Shown here piece by piece: positions 62,501-64,000 of a stretch of 64,000 nt of DNA. Below the pieces are notes generated by a model that did not search any database, was not told where the DNA came from, and worked only from the letters and a program-made list of their open reading frames with translations. This stretch comes from Octopus bimaculoides (taxonomy: Eukaryota), in contig NC_068991.1 in NCBI RefSeq assembly GCF_001194135.2, positions 67,144,566 through 67,208,565 on the forward strand, written 5' to 3'. The first letter of the stretch is position 1; each line of letters opens with the position of its first letter. The position numbers were made by a program, and so were the translations under genes.

Positions 62501-63400
62501 TGAACAACTTTAGCACTGATCTCTTTTAATGTATAATTTTATAGTAATCACTTTAACTCTTTTGTTACCTTTTGTTTTCTGTTGAGATGTTTTGTTTCTT
62601 TCAATTAATTTTAAATATAACCAAAAATTTAATAAAATAACTTAGTTATCATTAAGCTAGTGTTAGGAACATAAGTTGTGACTAAGGTTTGGTGGAAAAT
62701 ATTAATTCAGAACAAGACATTTGTACTACAGAGCCAGAGGCAGTTTCAGCCAGGGTCGTATCAAAAGGGTTAATTAGCAGAAATGTGAAGCTGGAATGTG
62801 ATTTCAAGAACTTTATGTAAGTTACTACACAAACTTCCACACAATCTTAACCCTTTAGTATTCAGATTACTTTGTCAAATGTAATGCTTATTGTTCCTAA
62901 CATTTTCCTTACCTTGGATCCCTTTTATTTAAATGAATATTCTCAAGGATCCTAGGCTTTTAAAAGGTCTGCCAACACAAATTTTGCACTCAGCTCATAG
63001 ACCCCCAAAGGATTTGAAAACCCCAAGTTGGTATCTGTTGGTATCCATAAAGTAATACAATTTCCTCCTTAAATTGAAATTTTATTATAGACTCAGCATC
63101 TTCCTATAACTAACATTGAAAGATAAATTAGATGAGTAGAAGTATTACTAAAATTAAGATGAGCTTATCCTGAAATAATGTTTCAAGATTTTTTATTTCT
63201 AGCGTCAAGAAAACGACCTGGCAACTCTTGAGAAAGCTTCTATAAATACGAATCACAGCAACAAAAAACTCACAGAGTCTCAGACAGATTTAACTCCGTC
63301 AAAACAACATTCTGTAAATCACTTGGACTTTTTACTTCAAGCTCACAGTTTATCCAATGAAGATTTTCTCAACTCTTTACCCGAACAGTCAACTCGTTAA
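26014..63400 (+). CDS. CEP128: Centrosomal protein of 128 kDa orthologue, 30 coding exons, 3183 nt, 1060 aa coiled-coil protein
   Basis: 30 GT-AG exons join in consistent phase from ATG 26014 to TAA 63398-63400. Motifs match my recollection of vertebrate CEP128: SSSESD, DTTRNLKSLDHMLDTY, VHF..DL..EVHSLHESVRDLS, SETKRAM, RVEKRL, QWKQKV, DDPNLWVAEIK-NKLCWL, KIEKRY. Four phase-0/0 introns contain N gaps that could hide symmetric exons. Confidence 0.9.
26308..26477 (-). mobile_element. 5'-truncated third copy (tail only), inverted to its neighbour
   Basis: Same tail sequence (tgttctatatttaagagatgagg...cattcctaagg) with two 3-nt deletions in the hammerhead core. Confidence 0.75.
26557..26822 (+). 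mobile_element. Second copy of the tRNA-head/Penelope-tail SINE
   Basis: Head TGGTGTAGTGGTTAAGAGC...GAGTTCGATTCC 26557-26624, (AAT)n and (CAA)n tracts, tail 26711-26822 matching the copy at 36387-36663. Confidence 0.78.
26733..26778 (+). ncRNA. Minimal type I hammerhead ribozyme motif (Penelope-type)
   Basis: GACAC CTGATGA A GACTG-GAGGGTGTAT-CAGTT GAAA C GTT GTGTT. Stem I GACAC/GUGUU, stem II GACUG/CAGUU, intact CUGAUGA and GAAA core, palindromic AACGUU stem III. Confidence 0.7.
26950..27553 (-). mobile_element. tRNA-derived SINE with a nested unrelated insertion (about 27170-27380)
   Basis: Reverse complement of ggctgtgtggtaag..ggttc..agtcccactgcgtggcac..gtgttttctactatagcc...; 3' part matches 47960-48180. 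Confidence 0.75.
27624..27710 (+). CDS. CEP128: CEP128 coding exon 2
   Basis: tttacag|DTTRNLKSLDHMLDTYKDIGHEQRSSIDK|gtattt. Confidence 0.9.
27846..27921 (+). CDS. CEP128: CEP128 coding exon 3
   Basis: gttag|LRKDFDTTCDDIQEERYRQSSLSRI|gtaagt; ends phase 1. Confidence 0.85.
28997..29028 (+). CDS. CEP128: CEP128 coding exon 4 (32-nt micro-exon)
   Basis: ttgcag|(D)QDYPNQHGYV|gtatgt; bridges phase 1 to phase 0 as the flanking exons require. Confidence 0.7.
29185..29333 (+). CDS. CEP128: CEP128 coding exon 5
   Basis: ttttag|YPQRKKKSAVHFADDLKKEVHSLHESVRDLSYNQRKFEDSLTEDRDHRD|gtaagt; ends phase 2. Confidence 0.85.
30730..30811 (+). CDS. CEP128: CEP128 coding exon 6
   Basis: cgaag|(R)FASETKRAMNALASSINHQTNSENKDS|gtaagt. 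Confidence 0.8.
30852..31411. other. Assembly gap (others: 5431-5571, 9065-9530, 18967-19190, 43739-44341, 45820-46536, 47924-47933, 53306-53315, 57727-58059)
   Basis: Runs of N; ORFs crossing them are artefacts. Confidence 0.99.
31680..32340 (-). mobile_element. Three stacked SINE copies separated by (AAT)n tracts
   Basis: Repeated gaaaggcaaagtcgacct..ggcggaatttgaactcagaa module. Confidence 0.75.
32784..32906 (+). CDS. CEP128: CEP128 coding exon 7
   Basis: aaag|TSARVEKRLSAIQDELQVERQMLMEKQNKENLGSLSSELKQ|gtaagt. Confidence 0.85.
34214..34390 (+). CDS. CEP128: CEP128 coding exon 8
   Basis: tttcag|ALQQHQNFLSTVQ...YLESEAQRHK|gtaagt. Confidence 0.85.
35415..35485. repeat. 15-bp tandem repeat (RACAGACAATTYGSC), 4 copies
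   Basis: gacagacaatttggc aacagacaattcgcc gacagacaattcggc aacagacaattccca. Confidence 0.75.
35490..35610 (+). mobile_element. Tc1/mariner transposase fragment
   Basis: GLKLNMEAYTKCLEEVVLPWVKRVAAGTPYVWQQDSASYHT covers the second catalytic Asp region (WQQDSA..HT). Confidence 0.8.
36387..36663 (-). mobile_element. Composite SINE: tRNA-like head + (AAT)n + Penelope-like tail with decayed hammerhead
   Basis: A box TGGCGTAGTGG and B box GAGTTCGATTC on the minus strand. Tail reads GACACCTGACGAAGGCTG...CAGCCAAAACATTGTGTT. 14-bp direct repeat TATTGTACTACTGT at 36373-36386 and 36664-36677. Confidence 0.8.
36705..36822 (+). CDS. CEP128: CEP128 coding exon 9
   Basis: ctag|VEELQNHMKRSEQEK...ERERLKL|gtaagt; ends phase 1. 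Confidence 0.85.
37329..37492 (+). CDS. CEP128: CEP128 coding exon 10
   Basis: ttttag|(L)ESEREKEKQRLDKELQELR...LSDHIE|gtaaag. Confidence 0.88.
38460..38725 (+). CDS. CEP128: CEP128 coding exon 11
   Basis: ttgcag|VLTKDIENRDRQNAK...KTQEAIK|gtgagt; ends phase 2. Confidence 0.88.
39617..39791 (+). CDS. CEP128: CEP128 coding exon 12
   Basis: ctttag|(Q)WKQKVLELEKELD...ELTDAL|gtgagt. Confidence 0.88.
39919..40038 (+). CDS. CEP128: CEP128 coding exon 13
   Basis: tgtcag|AVKANQEEQLRLK...SQIEK|gtaatc. Confidence 0.85.
40362..40621. mobile_element. piggyBac-like MITE
   Basis: TTAA-CCCATAAACTGC ... GCAGTTTATGGG-TTAA. Confidence 0.8.
40881..41012 (+). CDS. CEP128: CEP128 coding exon 14
   Basis: tttcag|IEQELHQYQLNASALQSEK...AQQLK|gtgagt. 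Confidence 0.85.
42498..42572 (+). CDS. CEP128: CEP128 coding exon 15
   Basis: ttacag|YQLQELSQAKADLSSQVNEIMDQRQ|gtaagt. Confidence 0.85.
42702..42788 (+). CDS. CEP128: CEP128 coding exon 16
   Basis: ttccag|DLRQENVNLEQRELHLKQQTEDLKIQMKE|gtatga. Confidence 0.85.
42975..43225 (+). mobile_element. tRNA-derived SINE
   Basis: ggaggcgcttggcttagtggttaggg...gtttcgattcctgg...gttgtgttcttgagcaaaacac. Confidence 0.7.
44365..44660. repeat. Degenerate pentamer (GTGTN/GTAGT) satellite-like tract
   Basis: gtgtggtgtagt-type repeats; no real coding signal. Confidence 0.7.
44907..44966 (+). CDS. CEP128: CEP128 coding exon 17
   Basis: tttcag|NRENYFSTIESLKTELKETR|gtgagt. Confidence 0.85.
45040..45240 (-). mobile_element. 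RTE LINE ORF2 fragment
   Basis: KLEVVDSSCCLGDQISSGG.CSESIAVRIRLDWTKFRELLPLLATKGLSLRVKGRLFDACVRTAM. Confidence 0.85.
45278..45314 (+). pseudogene. 5' half of tRNA-Tyr(GTA), truncated
   Basis: TTCGCGATAGCTCAGTTGGTAGAGCGGAGGACTGTAG is the acceptor 5' strand, D arm and anticodon arm to position 37 of eukaryotic tRNA-Tyr. No 3' half is visible. Confidence 0.75.
45339..45567. mobile_element. Tc1/mariner MITE
   Basis: TA-CGGGGTTGGCCAAAAGTCAC ... TGACTTTTGGCCAACCCTA-TA. Confidence 0.8.
46537..46920 (+). mobile_element. RTE LINE 3' end (second subfamily)
   Basis: RAMVREMCGVRLFDKRRNEDLMGMLGL...VRWYEYVLRR...GRPRKRW, then a short 3'UTR and (GAT)n. Confidence 0.85.
47540..47626 (+). CDS. CEP128: CEP128 coding exon 18
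   Basis: tttcag|AREVRNNQLFTKHLNEVKAEHNASLHSLK|gtaagt. Confidence 0.85.
47750..48180 (+). mobile_element. Near full-length tRNA-derived SINE (most abundant family in the window)
   Basis: ggcgcaagcgtggctgtgtggtaag...ggttccgggttcagtccc, core, (TG)n, 3' part ending aaaagaataaaag. Further copies at about 2175, 8925, 19320, 20580, 30040, 38760, 41650, 49810, 51363, 55130, 58060 and 61425. Confidence 0.85.
48538..48635 (+). CDS. CEP128: CEP128 coding exon 19
   Basis: gtccag|FELAEERSVHKRTQQQYDQQRAENDQLHQNVS|gttagt; ends phase 2. Confidence 0.85.
48640..48990 (-). mobile_element. CR1-clade LINE 3' end with (ATT)n tail
   Basis: Homologous to 6884-7100 (KVRKQHSSHDFRKHFSTLGDAEAWNKL), with 3'UTR and tail. 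Confidence 0.8.
49333..49399 (+). CDS. CEP128: CEP128 coding exon 20
   Basis: tttcag|(R)LEEENNKLLTKLEKSFEDLKSK|gtgagc. Confidence 0.85.
49759..49784 (+). CDS. CEP128: CEP128 coding exon 21 (26-nt micro-exon)
   Basis: tctcag|ELLAADVK|gtaagg; bridges phase 0 to phase 2. Confidence 0.78.
50421..50490 (+). CDS. CEP128: CEP128 coding exon 22
   Basis: ttccag|(R)IRDLEEQLYEAFSKMKKMEKNEM|gtgagt. Confidence 0.82.
52096..52182 (+). CDS. CEP128: CEP128 coding exon 23
   Basis: tgacag|DYLGSISSNVDSVLHALKLQNASYPDNFK|gtttgt. Confidence 0.8.
52255..52645 (+). mobile_element. RTE 3'UTR-derived repeat with (GAT)n tail
   Basis: Same 3'UTR as 5203-5640. Other copies at about 23735, 30250, 33320, 37960, 39390, 40080, 41430, 50020, 50150, 50530 and 60360. 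Confidence 0.85.
52994..53059 (+). CDS. CEP128: CEP128 coding exon 24
   Basis: tgccag|AEPSVSLAQQFDDPNLWVAEIK|gtaagt. Confidence 0.85.
53145..53490 (+). mobile_element. tRNA-derived SINE
   Basis: ggaggcgcaatggcccagtggttagggcagcggac...gtttcgattcccagacc; homologous to 24860-25285. Confidence 0.8.
53590..53900 (+). mobile_element. Heavily decayed RTE ORF2 fragment
   Basis: CLQETRLSWYSHVR...RGKLMKSWREFMKSDF. Confidence 0.5.
54348..54498 (+). CDS. CEP128: CEP128 coding exon 25
   Basis: atgaag|NKLCWLQCEIQLHNSQQK...STTGA|gtttgt; ends phase 1. Confidence 0.8.
54622..54662 (+). CDS. CEP128: CEP128 coding exon 26
   Basis: tgacag|(G)MNFEGKKSGTPLK|gtgaga. Confidence 0.78.
55575..57695 (-). mobile_element. 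Internally deleted hAT transposon with pseudogenised BED-finger transposase
   Basis: Termini CAGTGGTGGGCAC / CATGCTCACCACTG with subterminal GCTAAC/GTTAGC repeats; TSD-like TTAGAGAG / CTACAGAG (6/8). Minus-strand frame from ATG 57308: MEGEDVF...NPW, FRCIMCQPK...YNLKLHVKKKH, VDRRIVDLFVNNMLPLHVVES...MSHCTLGR; two frameshifts and a stop. Confidence 0.88.
56107..56428. repeat. About 100-bp inverted repeat pair nested in the hAT element
   Basis: aatttgaagaaaagcaacaaaaattcaataggttatag...gtacaa (56107-56206) versus its reverse complement at 56326-56428. Confidence 0.85.
59005..59133 (+). CDS. CEP128: CEP128 coding exon 27
   Basis: tgtcag|ENMTQISDCVVKSQQ...DEMEDFR|gtatct. Confidence 0.78.
60033..60070 (+). 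CDS. CEP128: CEP128 coding exon 28
   Basis: ttatag|EIERGKIEKRYL|gtaagt; ends phase 2. Confidence 0.8.
62425..62485 (+). CDS. CEP128: CEP128 coding exon 29
   Basis: tcaaag|(K)LQETMRSLQQELDLPVATEK|gttggg. Confidence 0.8.
62557..62769. mobile_element. piggyBac-like MITE
   Basis: TTAA-CTCTTTTGTTACC ... CGTATCAAAAGGG-TTAA. Confidence 0.7.
63203..63400 (+). CDS. CEP128: CEP128 terminal coding exon 30
   Basis: ttctag|RQENDLATLEK...SLPEQSTR* (TAA 63398-63400). Confidence 0.78.
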   Translation, partial: RQENDLATLEKASINTNHSNKKLTESQTDLTPSKQHSVNHLDFLLQAHSLSNEDFLNSLPEQSTR

Positions 63401-63611
63401 CCCTTTGAATGACAACAACCTACCCAAGGCCACATCTGGTTTTATAAAACAAGCTTTCTGCTTTAAAAGTATCTATATTAAAAGCCATCATTAAATTTTT
63501 ATGTTAATTTGTGATCCAAATACTAGTTTAATAGCAATTAAATACTTCATTCTTTTCAAAATTAATTGAAAAAAGACAGCTTATTTCTGTAGAAATATGG
63601 TAACGAAAGGG
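63401..63611. mobile_element. piggyBac-like MITE at the CEP128 stop codon
   Basis: TTAA-CCCTTTGAATGAC ... GGTAACGAAAGGG-TCAA; same family and length class as 62557-62769. Confidence 0.65.
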
Positions 63612-64000
63612 TCAACTGACATCAATTTAACATTTAACCATATACTTTCTTCAATATGAAGGTTTCTAATTTCTAGAATTAGTACTTTAGAGGTTTTTTT
63701 TAATACACACACACACATCCGCATGTGTGTGTTGTGTGTAAATAATATTCAAATTGCAATGACAGTTAATTAACCAAAGAGTAGGAGCTCAAGAAAATGG
63801 TGATGGTCTGTGTTGGCAATTAATAAGCATAAATCTATTCAAAACTTTTTGAACCATTTATATCACTATTTAGCCTATTCATAAGCCACAACTCTGAGAT
63901 GGTGATTCGTTGCAGCTGTTATTCAAAATAATCTGAGTGAAGAGGAGTTAACTCAACAATATGAACATAAGCACCAAACATATATTTTCATATCCATTCA

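Overview
AT-rich eukaryotic genomic DNA with assembly gaps. The SINE, RTE, CR1 and MITE families and the microsatellite density point to an octopus/cephalopod genome (inference). The main gene is a plus-strand CEP128 orthologue. I reconstructed it by hand as 30 phase-compatible GT-AG coding exons from 26014 to 63400 (3183 nt, 1060 aa), with an RFX X-box-like site upstream. The window also holds the last coding exon of a minus-strand atypical C2H2 zinc-finger gene (3270-4369) and an unexplained 388-aa intronless ORF (17239-18405). The rest is repeat-derived: tRNA-derived SINEs, RTE and CR1 LINE 3' ends, a Gypsy integrase remnant, two decayed hAT transposases, a mariner fragment, and hAT, Tc1, piggyBac-like and GG-terminal MITEs with recognisable target-site duplications (TSDs). 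The most interesting observation is a short retroelement made of a tRNA-like Pol III head, an (AAT)n spacer and a Penelope-type tail containing a minimal hammerhead ribozyme. One copy has an essentially intact catalytic core and lies in sense orientation in a CEP128 intron. Also notable are a TIR element with a palindromic telomere-repeat core and a GC-rich hAT element that is a horizontal-transfer candidate. All coordinates and translations were derived by eye and no database searches were run.
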